In this document: positions 24,723 to 38,125 of the stretch, piece by piece
Layout of the letters: every line of letters begins with the position of its first letter
Position numbering within the stretch: the first letter of the stretch is position 1
NCBI RefSeq assembly: GCF_964194155.1
Contig: NC_135879.1
Span: 141,360,001-141,424,000, forward strand
DNA from: Cetorhinus maximus
Lineage: Eukaryota
Direction: 5' to 3'
DNA length: 64,000 bases
Program-made: the position numbers and the translations under genes
Notes under the pieces: generated by a model
Databases searched by the model: none
Seen by the model: only the letters and a program-made list of their open reading frames with translations
Told to the model about the DNA's origin: nothing

Positions 24723-24866
24723 ACCTGCAAACAGACAAGATGTACATGTCCTATCAAAATGCGCCACGTTGATCCAAAGAGGCCACATCGCCAGGATCTC
24801 TGTGGGAGATGCAAAGGCAAACGGCTCTCCTGTGACAGCACTTTCAGCTTCAAATACATCATTTGA
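24723..24866 (+). CDS. ZAR1: ZAR1 exon 4 (terminal)
   Basis: catcag|TCKQTRCTCPIKMRHVDPKRPHRQDLCGRCKGKRLSCDSTFSFKYII*. Total CDS 1059 nt = 352 aa plus stop. Confidence 0.97.
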   Translation, partial: TCKQTRCTCPIKMRHVDPKRPHRQDLCGRCKGKRLSCDSTFSFKYII

Positions 24867-24956
24867 TTTCTGCTAGGACTTAAGTTAATGGAATGCAGGA
24901 ATCTACTTTATTTTTGTCTTTTTGGTTTCTTTAAACTATCGAATAGAGCTGAAGGA

Positions 24957-24962
24957 AATAAA
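24957..24962 (+). terminator. Polyadenylation signal of ZAR1
   Basis: AATAAA 90 nt after the stop, following a U-rich tract. Confidence 0.65.
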
Positions 24963-27900
24963 GTGTAAAAAGCACGTTTCTCTTGCCGTCTCTTGAAATG
25001 TTTGAAAATCCTAACAAATTCTTGCAACAGCCCTGGTTTAAATACAAAATGGATATGTTCTAGTTTCCACCATTAAGTTTTTAATGTAATCTATGACATA
25101 AATTCTATCTCGCCTCCTATAGTAGATGAATGAGATAGTAACCAGAATCACTCGCAAGACTAATGGGTTTGGGCACCTGGATTTGAAGTTTTCCTCAAGG
25201 ACTAAGTCCCAACATGAAGCAGTTAAAAACCTAGAGTGGGATTCCTCCTATTTGATGGGTACTTGTTTAAAGGGAATATGTTCAATTTGTCCATCATCCC
25301 AGCTTTAAAAAGGAGAAACTAGTGGCCAACTGTTGGCATAAATTGCAGAGGGCAAAGTGAGTCCTCCTGATCTTCCCAGTAGCCAATCCTCTAAAATAGA
25401 CCACCAGCTGGAAATCACTACATTTAGATAGCAGTAAAATCTGGAATTGGTACATTAATTGAAAACCTTGCTTCTGTTTTAACAGTTGCTCAACTTTCTC
25501 ACTCCAGTTAAGAACATGGATTAATAATTCCTTCTATATTTGACAGCACTGACAGTTGTATAATTGTAGCTGCTACATTGTGATCTAGCTTTAATGGAAT
25601 GCATTCATTCCAATGTAATGCATGTGACCCAAGTTCCTTTTCTGATGCAATTTCCTCAACTTGGTGTTGTAAGCTAATGGCTTAGTTGAATCCATCTCCT
25701 AATACTCAACAATTGGCTTTTAACAAGTGAATTTATAAAAACTATAGCTTGATCTAGTTTGCTGTAGATTCATTCACTTATGTAAAATAGTTATGCCATG
25801 CTGGCAGAAGATTACAGCTAGGGTCAATGTTTAAAAACCCAGTTTTGTAAGTTTTAATTAAGGGACAGACTCAAGTTTGGGAAGATGGCAAAGAGGCTTA
25901 GGTCGTGGGAAATGTATATTCACCTTTAGCTATGAACTAATTTAATGCTGTCCTAGTAGGGCCTGGCTCGCCATAAGGCAATGAATGTTATGGAAGCTAT
26001 ATGTGCTGGTGAACACTAAGCATTTTCTTATCCAGCAAGATTGTGTTGGAAGAGTTGCTAGATAATTGTGTGAACAAAATTCTAGGAATACATACTATAA
26101 CTCCCACTTCACAGAACTTCCATTTTAAATTGTTTACTAAATCATTTTGTTGAACAGGAGTCCCTCCACCCCACACCCCCAACTCTGCCATCTGCCAGGC
26201 TATAATTTCACTACTCTAATCACTATGGCCTGAGTGGATTATGTTGCCAAAAACTTTTCAATCATTTCATTCAGTACTAAATTTATCAAGTTTTAAAATA
26301 TGTAACACATTTGTGGAGGGTAAACACAGCTGGGTGTAGTGGAAGGGCATATGTTAATTGATTTACCAAATAGTGGAGATTTCTTCAATCAGCTCAAATG
26401 GCCTAAATGTGTTGACCAAAAATAAAGGATCAAGGAGAGAATTGGTGACACACCATGCCATGGTACAGACTTGAAGTTATCCTGGCAAATAACCATGTTA
26501 ACTGAAACTGGTTTGATGTGTGGAAACATCCATGAAGTGAAATAGTCTACCTTTATCTTGAGCTAGTGAAGATCTTGGGAGTTTTGAGTTGTGCATCTTT
26601 TAGAACATACATTCTTCAGCTATGGAAATGTAAAGAATGTTAATTAGTTCTCTTTCAAGCTGTATAAGGAGACTTCTAATCCTTTGTACAAATGAGGGTC
26701 AGCAACTAAAATTTGTTTGAATGATCAACTTAAGGTAGAGAAGAAACTAAGTGTGCACAAGGAGAGAGATTCCCAGGAGCCAATCTTGCACTAGACTATT
26801 GCAGGACTCTGGCACAATACACAAGGGCAAGGTAAACTAAACTTCATATGGGAATGTTTGTTAGGGAGGGACAAAAACTCCTGTACCTGCCCCCTTATTC
26901 TAATTGAGTAATGTTGGAATGCAAAAAAATTAGATGTGCATGTTAGAGTTAAAATGAAAAGCTAAGATACTACAACTGTCTAACTGGATGTCCTCTTTAG
27001 ATGAACAATTATTTGCAAGAGATTTGAGTAAAGGGACCTGTAGTACAGTTGCTCACTAAGTTTGAGCACAAAGTTGATGGATGTCCCTATCTTGAGTTGA
27101 AACATCATTCTTTGACGTGGACTTCACCATTTGCCTCAAGTATGTCCATTAAATATTGAAACAGCCATAGCACCAAACTGCCAACAAAATAATTTATCAT
27201 TGCTGAAGAATGATTACAGTGATTTGTTAATTTGCTATGACTGGTTACAGAGCCTTAAATTATGTTAACTACTGTTTGCAGTCTGATAGCATGCACAGTG
27301 CCTTAAACTCATACAATTCATTACAATTATTCCTGGTCTATAGTTCACTTTCTCAAAAGGCAAATGCTAATAATTGAACAGTACATTCTACACTCCATGG
27401 TATAGAGCCCATTAAAAATCACAGTGGATAGGATAGATGCATATTATAAGCAGGGTCATTCCCAGCAAACAGGCAGGTACACCATCAATGGGTGATTTTT
27501 ACATTCAGTTTCCTTTCCCCACAGAAAGCCACTGCTGTGAATGGAATCTCAGGTATGAAAGCTGGAGGATTTCAGTCCTTTGAGTATGTTGAATGTTGCG
27601 TATTCAGTCTTTTGACTTTCTTTTCCAATAATGCAGAAAAAGATGGTCCCAAAGTTCAAGTCCACTGGAGACAGATGAGTAGACAGAACAGTATCTGCTT
27701 TCAGAATTATCTGTAAATTCACAGACTGCAGTGACAGCAGATAAAGACTCATTACCAGTACTTAAGTTTTTTGTTTTGCATTAGTTTTATACACCTATTC
27801 TCATAACAGTGCAATGTACAAGAAAAACAATACTGATTTTACACTATACAGGTCTAAAATATTTACAGAGTAAAATAAGTTAGGTGAGTTCTCCTAATAA

Positions 27901-28783
27901 ATTGCTAGGCTGAAGCACTTTTTATTTCTGTTGCCATTCAGTTTTAAGTACCTACAGGCAAATTTTTGGTTAGATACCACCAGTATTTGTAACAACCACT
28001 GATCAAAGAGCATCTAATGCCCACTGAACAGTAAACAAAAGTAACATGAATGTTTACAGTGCTGAGTAAAACTCAGTTTAAATTTACCTGTCACATATCC
28101 CTAACTTTGTATAAGATTTTCTACATGTTAGTTCTAATACAAAATAAATTTTTTCAAAAGTGATTTCAGGCATGCTTTGCGACCTTATGAACTATTAACA
28201 TTTTATATTATAAAGCCTGCAGTCAATTTGTCATAAATCAAGTTTTAACCTTTTACATATAACCACGTGGTAAGTGGCATTAAATGGTGTAGGAGTTTGA
28301 TCTGTTTATTTGTCCACAGACACTGAAAATTAAATTGAAATATTCTTGTTTGCCTTGAAGCCTTGCAGGTTATTCAGCCTAAAGCCATTTCCCAGATGAT
28401 TTTAGCATCATTCCACCTGCTGCACTACTATACATTATTACAAGGGAGCTGGTCTGTCTTCAGAAAATGAAGAATAATGCCCCCTTCCATGCCTTTTTCT
28501 TTCAGTATGACTGACTGACTGACAGTACAAGTGCAATGAACCAATAAATGGTTGCACAGTCAATCCTATATGTCTTGTGCACATGGAGTGATTTGCTGTT
28601 AATTAGTTCCATACAGCTATTACTCTTTTTTCCTGTTTAACATCTGGTTTCATGTGCATGACTTTCTATAAATAGAGGCAATCTGGACAGTTCAAAAAAT
28701 TGAAGCTGATGAGGGATGTGGTTAATATACATGATGCACCTTCTTAACACTGAACGGGATGAATCTTGAGTCACTGTCGTATC

Positions 28784-29080
<297 letters not shown>

Positions 29081-29309
29081 TTATACAAGTTTACACAATC
29101 TAATATAAAACTAACTTTTTTAAGCAATTCCAATATTTTTTTAATGGCTGGCTGTAAGATGAATTAATAAGTAACAGACCTGCTAATTCCTGAACTTGGT
29201 AAAAATGAAAAGGATACCAAACTGGACACTTAAGACACTTTGAATACGGGTTATTCATTGTGTCAAATTATAATTGTGAAGATGACAAACTGACTTTTAC
29301 AATTTGAAC

Positions 29310-30030
29310 AGCAACAACTTGGATTTATATAGTAGAACACAGTAAAATGTTCCAAAGTACTTCACAAGGGCATTATCAAACGAGTTTTGACCCTGAGCCA
29401 TATAAGATGATTATAGGGAAGATGGCTAAATGCTTGGTCAAAAAGGTAGGCTTAAGAGTTGTTTTAAAAGGACAGCTGAGGGAATGGCAATGGCAGAGCA
29501 ATTAAAACTGGGAATTGTAGGGTTGAAGGAGATTAATGAGATAGGAAAGGGCAGGACTACAGAGGGAATTGAAATTTTTTAAAATGGAGGTATTTGCTTA
29601 ACTGGGAGCCAATATATATTGAGCACAGGGTAATGGGTGAGAGTAAGAACACGGGCAACAGAGCTGTGGCTAGCCTCAAGTTCATGGAGGATTGAATGTG
29701 CAAGGTCAGCTAAGAGTACATTACAATAGTCAATTCTAGAGGTAAAGGCAAGGATAACGATTTTAGCATTAAGCTAAGGTGGGGTGGAGTTGAGTGATGT
29801 TACAAGGTGGATATTGGTGGCCTTAATGAAGGCCTAGATATGTAGTCAGAAGCTCATCTCCGGGTCAAACACCACCAAGGTTATGAAGAGTCTGATTCAT
29901 CCTCAGACAGTTGATGAGGATAGGGATGGAATCAGTAACTACGGAATGGAGTTTGTATTGGGAACCGAGAACAACAGCTTTGGTCTTCCCAATATTTAGT
30001 TCGTGCAAATTTCTACTCATTCGTTACTGA
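29310..30030 (-). mobile_element. L2-clade LINE 3' fragment, old
   Basis: gcaacaacttggatttatatag tail; colinear with 2840-3680. Confidence 0.75.
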
Positions 30031-30464
30031 ATATCCCTGTGCTTGTTGACCTACATTAGCTCCTGACTAAACAATGCCTCCATTATATAATTCTTATCTT
30101 GGTTTTCAGATCGCTCCAGGTCTCTGTAATCCCCTTCAGTCTTATTTGACTTGCAAATAGTTGTTGATGAGATCCATTTAAATTGGTAAATGTAGGGTTC
30201 AATAGGAGGTAAGAACAATTGAGCAACCCAGTTAAATACTACGAAGACTACAGTTATACCACAGCCACTGGCTGCAGATGTTATATACAAATTTCTAAGT
30301 ATTAAAGGCTTGTTTTCTTTGGACAGGAGACTCGGGGGGGGGGGGGGGCGATTATGATACAGTTGTTCAAAATAACAGTGGATAGGTAAGTTTGGAAGTA
30401 AGCAAATTAATTTGGACAATGAACACAAGTACAATATTCAAAAGCCTTGATCAAGGTTAGAAAG

Positions 30465-32830
30465 TAGTCACCCAGCCTGCATTTAGTCTCCCCATTGTAA
30501 TGGAGACCACATTGGGAGCAGCAAATACAGTGGACCAAGTTGAGGGAGGTGCAAGTGAAGTGCTGCTTCACCTGAAAGGAGTGTTTAGGGCCTTGGATGG
30601 TGAGGAGGGGGGGAGGTAAAGGTGTTGCAACTTCTGCGATTGAATGGGAAGGTGCCGTGAGAAGGGGATGAGGAGTTGAGTGTAATGGAGGAGTACCTCC
30701 CTGATCATAAAATTTATCATATTACCAATTTTACCAGTAATCTTTGGGAAAAATAAACACACTGTTTCTGAACTTCACCTGACTAGATGACACATTTCAC
30801 CCCTCCTTTGAAAACAATCTAGTCTTGTTTATTTAAAAATGCAAATGCCCTTTTATGCCTTACATTCTAAACTTCCCCCATGTTTATCTACTTAACATTT
30901 CAAAGCTAGCTCATCTTCTAATACATCGAAGCCTTCAGACCAGCTGCCTTTAATCCAATTAAGTCTCTCTCTCTCTCTCTCACACACAGACTCATATACC
31001 ACTATTTTACAATAAATTCCAATAACATATCTTCCTGACATGTATTGAAAGTAGAGTTGTGGGCAGGGGCCTGAGTAGGACTGGAACAAGGAATGTTCCA
31101 CATTCCCCACAAAAAGACAGGCATAACTGCAGCCCTTGCGGGTACCCATAGCCACACCTTTTATTTGTAAGAAGTGAGACAAGTTAAAGGAGATAACAAG
31201 TTCAGCCAGGCAGAGGAAAGTGGTGGTGGATGGGGATTGTTTGGGCCTCTGTTCAAGGAAGAAGTGGAGAGCCCTCAGACCGTCCTGGCAGGGGATGGCG
31301 GTGTAGAGGGATTGGACGTCCATGATGAAGAGGAGGTGGTTAGGGCCAAGAAACTGGAAATTGTTTGTATGATGTAGGGCATCAGAGGAATCATGAATGT
31401 AGCTGGGAAGAGACTGGACAAGGGGGGAGAGAATGGAGTCAAGATAAGAAGAAATGAGTTCCGTGGGCAGGAGCAGGCTGACACGATCGGTCTACTGGGA
31501 CAGTCCTGTTTGTGGATTTTGAGAAGGAGGTAGAAGTGGGCTGTCCAAGGTTGGGAGACTAAGAGATTGGAAGCTGTGGAGAGGAGATCTCTAGAGAAGA
31601 TGAGGTCAGTGACAGTCCTGGAAACAATGGCTTGATGTTCGGTGGTGGCGTCATGGTCCAGGGGAAGGTAGGAGGACGTGTCTGGGAGTTGGCATTCAGC
31701 CTCTGCAAGGTAGAGGTCAGTACACCAGACAACAACAGTACCACCCTTGTCGGCAGGTTTTATAACAGAATCAGGGTTTGACCTGAGGGAACAGAGTGCA
31801 GCAAATTCAGAAGGAGACGGGTTGGAGTGGATGAAAGGAGCAGGGAAACTAAGATAGCTGATGTCATGCCAACAGTTCTCAACAAAAAGATCAAGAGAAG
31901 GTAAGAGGCTGGAGGGAGGGGTCCAGGTACAGGGAGAATACTGGAAGGGGGGTGAAAGGATCTGTTGAATGGGGGGAGGGTTCCTGCCCAAAGAAGTGAG
32001 CATGGAGACGAAGGCAATAGAAAAAGAGTTCAGCATCGTGCTGAGCCAGAATTCATTGAGGTGAGAGCGTAAGGGGATGAAACTCAGTCCTTTGCTGAGG
32101 ATAGAGTGTTCAGCATCAGTGTATTGCAAATACATGTCAAAGGATGGGATTAGAAGAAGGGATGAGGTCAGAGGGACAGGAGGGGGTGAAGGGTCCCAGA
32201 TGGGCATTGGTAACAATAATTTGTTGGAGCTTGTGTTCTTTAACACCTGACAGGAAGAGAAAAAGTTTCTTGCTAAGGCGTCAGATGAGATGAAGAATAA
32301 AATAAAACTGGGGACAAGGACAGCTTTGAGGTAGGGTGAGTCGGTGCTGCTGGAGAGACAGGATGAGTGTGTACATATAGTGGCGCATGGCACAGAGTGG
32401 ATCTCAGGATGGGGCGAGAACAGCTGTCTGAGGAATGTCGCATGTCCCGGAGATACCTGTAATCCTGGGTGGATTCAAAACATGAGGGATGGAACCTCAG
32501 TTGGGATCCACATAGGGTAAGTCAGAGACAGAGACAATCAGTTAGGAAGGAAATATTGCTGTGAAAGCGAGTTTTGGTAAACACCTTGTCAAAAACCAAG
32601 AGGGAAATGGAAAGCAGTGAAGGTGACAGGGCGAAAGAGACAAATGGAAATACTGTTGGAGAGAAGAGCAGTACTTCTTCAAGGTAGCATTCCTGGAAGA
32701 GAAGTGGCAGTGAATTAAACACTAAGATAAAAGCAAAATACTGCGGATGCTAGAAATCTGAAATAAATACAGAAAACGCTGGAAAAATTCAGCAAGTTTG
32801 GCAGCATCTGTGGAGGGAGAAATAAATTTA
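30465..32830 (-). mobile_element. Penelope-like element (RT + GIY-YIG), decayed, with upstream pseudo-LTR segment
   Basis: Minus ORFs carry IKPADKGGTVVVW, FYLLLKIHK, RPIVS, MDVQSLYT and GVAMGT. The GIY-YIG-proximal part is at 30465-30700. Region 32725-32830 resembles the family 3' end (cf. 34925-34985). Confidence 0.88.
30703..31040 (-). mobile_element. Truncated LTR related to the solo LTR at 54587-55404
   Basis: Minus strand starts TGTCA and shares cttaatt(g/a)gattaaag.cagct.gtctg, atttgcatttt and ggggtgaaa blocks. It replaces the middle of the Penelope ORF. Confidence 0.6.
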
Positions 32831-33469
32831 TGCTTTCAGCTAAGTTTGAATGTGGAACTTCAGATAAGTACTCTTGACATTAGTTCCAAATACGTTCGAT
32901 GGCCAGGGAGAAATTTTTCAGAGCTTCCCCAAACAAATCCACAAGAGAGTAAATTAGACAAGATGGTGGAATGGGCAAACCTATTGGGTCAAATAGTATT
33001 TTCTCAGTCCATGCTTTCTAATACAGATTAACGTTCTTATATATTCACCAATAATGTTGTTTCTGAAGGGTGTTTATGCATTAATAGCAAATCATACACA
33101 AATAAAACTAAGGTTTAACACCATCCATTTAGTATTAATCTAATGGATCACGTCAGATAAAATGTTACATTTAATGCAACAGTTTATTTCCAGTTTAGAA
33201 GCAAAACATGCACTATAAATACTGTTGTAGTTAGCTGGTACAAAATGCAGTTCAAACTAGACATCAACTGCATTTCAGAAGCCTTAAATTAAAAGAAAAG
33301 AATGAAAGACTAATTTATGCCAAAGCATACTATGTGGCTCAAAGTACCTCTACAAACGGTCTTACTTGCTACCAGAAATTTTTGGAAACAAGCCAATTCC
33401 TTAAAGTGGTTGGTTTCTTGCTGACATTACTGCTTAATGAAATGGCCATTGATTAATTACACTAATTAC

Positions 33470-33654
33470 CTGAATGCTTTGACCTGAGCAAGTGCAGATG
33501 GAAACTCCTTGTTTCTCAAGGTCTCGATGACAGAGTGAATGGCAGTCTCTGTGCATGTCCGTAGGGCTTCAGAGACTTCAACTTCATTACTGAGACTTTC
33601 TGCCTCTTTCAGACTGGCTTCCAACTGAGCCAGTTCTTCTGACATATTTATTAC
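33470..33654 (-). CDS. FRYL: FRYL penultimate exon (185 bp)
   Basis: tttcag|VINMSEELAQLEASLKEAE...TETAIHSVIETLRNKEFPSALAQVKAF AG|gtaatt. Phase 2 matches the terminal exon. Confidence 0.93.
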
Positions 33655-34179
33655 CTGAAAATTGATAGTTTCAACTTTATTATTGTGACAGTTCCTGAAA
33701 TATTCCGATCACTTTACCTCCTTTATCGTACATAAATTACTCTGTAAATAACTGACGAACAATAGTAACTTGGAGTACAAAACATGATGCTCCAAATTTC
33801 TATCTGGTGGCAACTGAATGATGTAAGGAACACATAGATACATGCATCAAAAAGTCTGTAATTTGGAAATGATGCGTACATATTCTACGATTGCAATAAT
33901 TCTGTGAACATTTTCCTTTTGGACCTGTTGTTAATGCATCCTTTATCAGCAGGTTGTTGACTTCCAAGTCAGCTGCATTACTGGCAAATTATATACATTT
34001 ACTGTGGAGAAATATGGATGTTACTAACGGAGGATGCCAAAAATGAGCATATTTCTGGCTGATCAGGAAATAGCATCGATGGTTACTGTAGAGAAATCCA
34101 TTGCCTATTGCTACACTGTGAAAGACAATATTACAACTGCAACTCAGTTTCGGTTCTGCTAGAAACATTCAACTCAAAA

Positions 34180-34984
34180 ACACTCCTTTCAAGTGAAGCA
34201 GCATTTCACTTGCATTTCCCCTAACTTAGTCTACTGCATTCGTTGCTCCCAATGCGGTCTCCTCTACATTGGAGAGACCAAATGCAAACTGGGCGACCGC
34301 TTTGCAGAACACCTGCGGTCTGTCCGCAAGAAAGACCCAAACCTCCCTGTCGCTTGCCATTTTAACACTCCACCCTGCTCTCTTGCCCACATGTCTGTCC
34401 TTGGCTTGCTGCATTGCTCCAGTGAAGCCCAACGCAAACTGGAGGAACAGCACCTCATCTTCCGACTAGGCACTTTACAGCCTTCCGGGCTGAATAATGA
34501 ATTCAACAACTTTGGATCTTAAACTCCCCCTCCCCACCCCGTTTCCTCCCCCTCCCTTTTTTTTTCAATGATTTATATAGATTTTTCTTTTCCCACCTAT
34601 TTCCATTATTTTTAAATCTACAACTAATACCTTGTCAATCTTTCCACCCCACCCCCACTAGAGCTGTACCTTGAGTGTCCTGCCATCCATTCTTAATTAG
34701 CACTTTTCTTAGATAATATCACCACCTTCAACACCTCTTTGATCCTTTTGTCTGTGACATCTTTTGATTATCTGCTCCTATCACTGCTTGCTTGTCCCTA
34801 CAACCACCCCACCCTCAACTTCTCTCCCCCCGCCCCCCCACCTTAAACCAGCTTATATTTCATCCCTCTCCTAACTATACTTCAGTTCTGTTGAAGGGTC
34901 GTGTGGACCCAAAACGTCGACTCTTTTCTTCTCCACCGATGCTGCCAGACCTGCTGAGTTTTTCCAGGTAATTCTGTTTTTGCT
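34180..34984 (+). mobile_element. 5'-truncated Penelope-like element (GIY-YIG endonuclease + 3' UTR) with 12-bp TSD
   Basis: ORF NLVYCIRCSQCGLLYIGETKCKLGDRFAEH...QPSGLN. TTCAACTCAAAA is duplicated at 34168-34179 and 34985-34996. Confidence 0.92.
34884..34922 (+). ncRNA. Minimal type I hammerhead-ribozyme-like motif (variant core)
   Basis: AGTT CTGTTGA A GGGTC gtgtg GACCC AAA ACGT C GACT: stems I and II pair and stem III is palindromic. G12 is mutated to A. Confidence 0.55.
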
Positions 34985-35099
34985 TTCAACTCAAAACCTC
35001 AAAGGAACCTTGAACCAGACATGGATGCAAAAACCAGAGGAGAGGTGAGCATAACTGTTAAGGTATCGAGTCAGCACCAGCTTAGTATGTCACAAATGA

Positions 35100-36430
35100 G
35101 CTTTTGCAAAACTGAAATGAATGGGTCTCAGACCTAACATCTTCAGCTTCTCCATTGTGGCTTCATCATAAGGCCAGGGTATGAGGCTGTTCGCTGATGA
35201 TTCTACAGTATTTAACTTTATTCACAACTCCTCCTATAATGAAGCAGCTAAGGCCAATCTACATGACCTGGATAACATCCAAAGTGCAGGTTGACAAATA
35301 GCCAATACCCAGCTCTTAATTGGTGCCAAGGTTAAAAACAACTTCCAACAGAGGAAACCTTGTTATCTCAACTTGACCCAGGGGTGGTACAGTGAAGGTT
35401 CACTAGATTGATTCCTGGAATGAGAGGGTTGTCCTATGACGAGAGGCTGAGTAAATTGGGTCTAGAATCTCTGGAGTTTAGAAAAATGAGAGGTGATCTC
35501 ATTGAAATAGAAGATCCTGAAGGAGCTTAACAGGGTAGACACTGAGGTTATTTCCCTTGGCTGGGGAATCTGGAACACAGAGGCACAGTCTCAGGATAAG
35601 GGGCTGATCATTTAGCACTGAGAGAAGGAGAAATGTTTTCACGCAAAGGGTTGTGAATCTTTGATGTCCCCAGAGAATTGTGGATGTTCCATCACTGAAT
35701 ATATTTAAGGCTGAGACAAACAGATCTTTGATATCTCAGAGAATCAAAGGCTATGGGGATTAGGGAGGAAAGTGAAGGTGAAGTTGAAGGTCAGCCATGA
35801 TCATATCAAATGGTGGAGAAGGCTCGAGGGGCAGTGTAAGTTACTCCTGCTCCTACTTCTTATGTCCATCAATGGCACCACTATAATCAAGTCCCATACC
35901 ATCAACATTTTGGAGGTGACAACTGACTGCAAACTGAACTGGACAAGCTTTATCAACATCATATCTACAAGAGTGGGGCAAAGGCGTGTTTCACCCTCTG
36001 ACTTCTCAATGCCTCTTTACTATCTACAAACTTCAAGTCAGGAGTGTGATGGAATACTCACCACTCACCTGGATAGTGAAAATGCAATAAGAGTCAATAT
36101 GTACACCACCATCCAGAACAGAACGGTGCACTTCATTAGTGGTTCTGCCACTGTGCTCAAAACTCACCACCTCCAACACTGGGCATTGTGGCTACAGCAT
36201 GCACAATCTATAGGATGCACTTTAGCATCTCAACAAGCTCAATTCAATAGTATTGTTCTTGTCTGGGGTCTCTGCCATCAAGAAAGACATGAAAAGCAAT
36301 GTCATGCGAATGCCAAAACATCTAACCTCCTCTTCTTGTCACACATCACCCTGACTTAGACATTGTCACTGGGTCAATATCCTGGAATTTCCAACCTAAC
36401 AAGATTGTGTGAACTATGCAGAGAAGACAG
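35100..36430 (+). mobile_element. Old family A-like LINE 3' part, split by a CR1 insertion
   Basis: ctgttcgctgatgattc (LFADD) and INILEVTTDCKLNWT. Confidence 0.7.
35385..35860 (+). mobile_element. CR1 3' fragment
   Basis: ctggagtttagaaaaatgagaggtgatctcattg and tail actcctgctcctacttcttatg. Confidence 0.8.
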
Positions 36431-36639
36431 TGGTTTTTGTGTGTGTAACAGGTTTTATTCACATAGCTTTAAATGTCTGCTCTCACAAGCTTCTAGCAGT
36501 TCCAGCTTTCAGAAACTTAGTTTGTTTTCTTTTCTGAGTCCACACCCAGGCTTAACTATCAAGCATAGTGAGCATCAACAGTAAACAGACTCTCAATCAA
36601 ACACAGGACAATTGAACACGACATCTTTTCTCCTTTGTA

Positions 36640-36965
36640 TTCCCTTACAGAGCAAATAGGGACAAACTGTTCTCACTCGTCAAAGGATCAAGAATGAGGG
36701 TACAGATTTAAAGTAATTAATAAAAGAATCAAAATCAACATGAGGAAAAACTTTTTCACGCAGCGAGTGGTTAAGGTCTGGAATGCACTGCCTGAGTGTG
36801 TGGTGGAGGCAATTGTAGCATTCAAAAGGGAATTAGACAGTTATCTTAAAAAAGAAGAATGTACAGGGCTACAGGGAGAAGGCAGGAAAATGGCACTATT
36901 CGGAGAGCCAGTGCAGACATGATGGGCTGAGTGGCCCCCTTCTGAGCTGTAACGTTTCTGTGATT
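36640..36965 (+). mobile_element. CR1 3' fragment
   Basis: ORF MRKNFFTQRVVKVWNALPECVVEA and tail gatgggctgagtggcccccttctg. Confidence 0.8.
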
Positions 36966-37384
36966 GTTTGTGCATCATCGACACAAGGACGGTAGCAGAC
37001 CTGAGGCATCATCAGCACTTTCTTAGGGCAATAATGAATCAACAACAGGTGCAGCCTTTCAGTATAGCGACAACCTTAGAACAAATATGAAAATAACAGT
37101 GGAGCTGTAACGATAGATTAATTTTTTGGGATTTGTGTTATCACCTTTGGGATCAATGAACAATTATGCAGAAATTGGAAATAAAGGAAACAATTCTAAG
37201 TCTTCAAAAAGATGCCAGTAAAGAGTGTTATTTTCCGCTTAAATTTCAGACTGATGGGCAAGAAAAAGATAATACTGGGTGAATTTCACTATCCCAAGAT
37301 AGACTGGAACAAAGGTAATGCATATGGTCAAAATGAAATTTTTTTTTAAAGAAGTGCATTAAGGACTGGCTTCTGGATCACTAT

Positions 37385-38120
37385 GGGCTGAATTTTAAAT
37401 TCCTGACACACACAGTCTGGGGGTTGGGGGAGGTGTCCAGTAGTGGATGGGAAATCCAGAATTAACTGCAGCACGTGAGTTGGTGGCTTTTTAACTCAAT
37501 CACAGCATTGCATTATTATTTCTTGGTTTCCCGACCAATTAGATTGAGAGAGCATCATGATGACTCACACGGGTCGGTTTTAACTGCAGTATTTAAAGGG
37601 ATATTGCAAACATGAAATTTGATGGACTTGAATTTGAGAGTAGAATACAACGAATTGACAGAATGGAGTGCATTTGTTCAAAGACTGCGCCTTGTTTTAG
37701 CAATGCCGCCCTGGACGTGATGCTGGGGCTGTAAAAGCCTGCAAAGAGCTACTATTCCCTACTGCTGGGAGGAATAGCCCCACCTGTGAAATTTAGAAGA
37801 CATGGCTGGAGGTATCAGAGATCAACAGCAGCAGTGTTGCACCACATTGCTGAATTTCAAAACTAAAAGCAGTTTAGTGACTTAACCAGCACAGTAAAGG
37901 AGAATAGGGGGGCAGATTCAACTACATCCTCACGTGTTGTCCCACCACCCCTTCACTCTGCATTCTCAAGTCTACTCTAGCACATCACTCCTCCCTCCAA
38001 CTTACCTTGCAGGTGCATTCATCCCTCTCAGTCTATGTACTTGATCACATCCCCATCTGTTCATTCATCACAGACATTCATCCTAATCTTTATGCAATGC
38101 CATGCCTCTCCCTCAGTCAG
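37385..38120 (+). mobile_element. Harbinger/PIF-like transposon remnant with Myb/SANT-like ORF fragment
   Basis: TIR-like start gggctgaatttt. About 37685-37900 translates with breaks to APCFSNAALDVML..AVKACKELLFP..WLEVSEINSSSV..FSDL. Confidence 0.55.
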
Positions 38121-38125
38121 TTGAG

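Noticed and set aside
22488-24866. Assignment as ZAR1L/Zar2
   Set aside because: The neighbours are SLC10A4 and FRYL, which mark the ZAR1 locus; ZAR1L sits beside FRY and BRCA2.
34193-34522. Intact 109-aa GIY-YIG ORF as a domesticated nuclease
   Set aside because: It lies in a 5'-truncated Penelope copy with a TSD, starts at GTG, and closely matches 62538-62860. Recent insertion explains the open frame.
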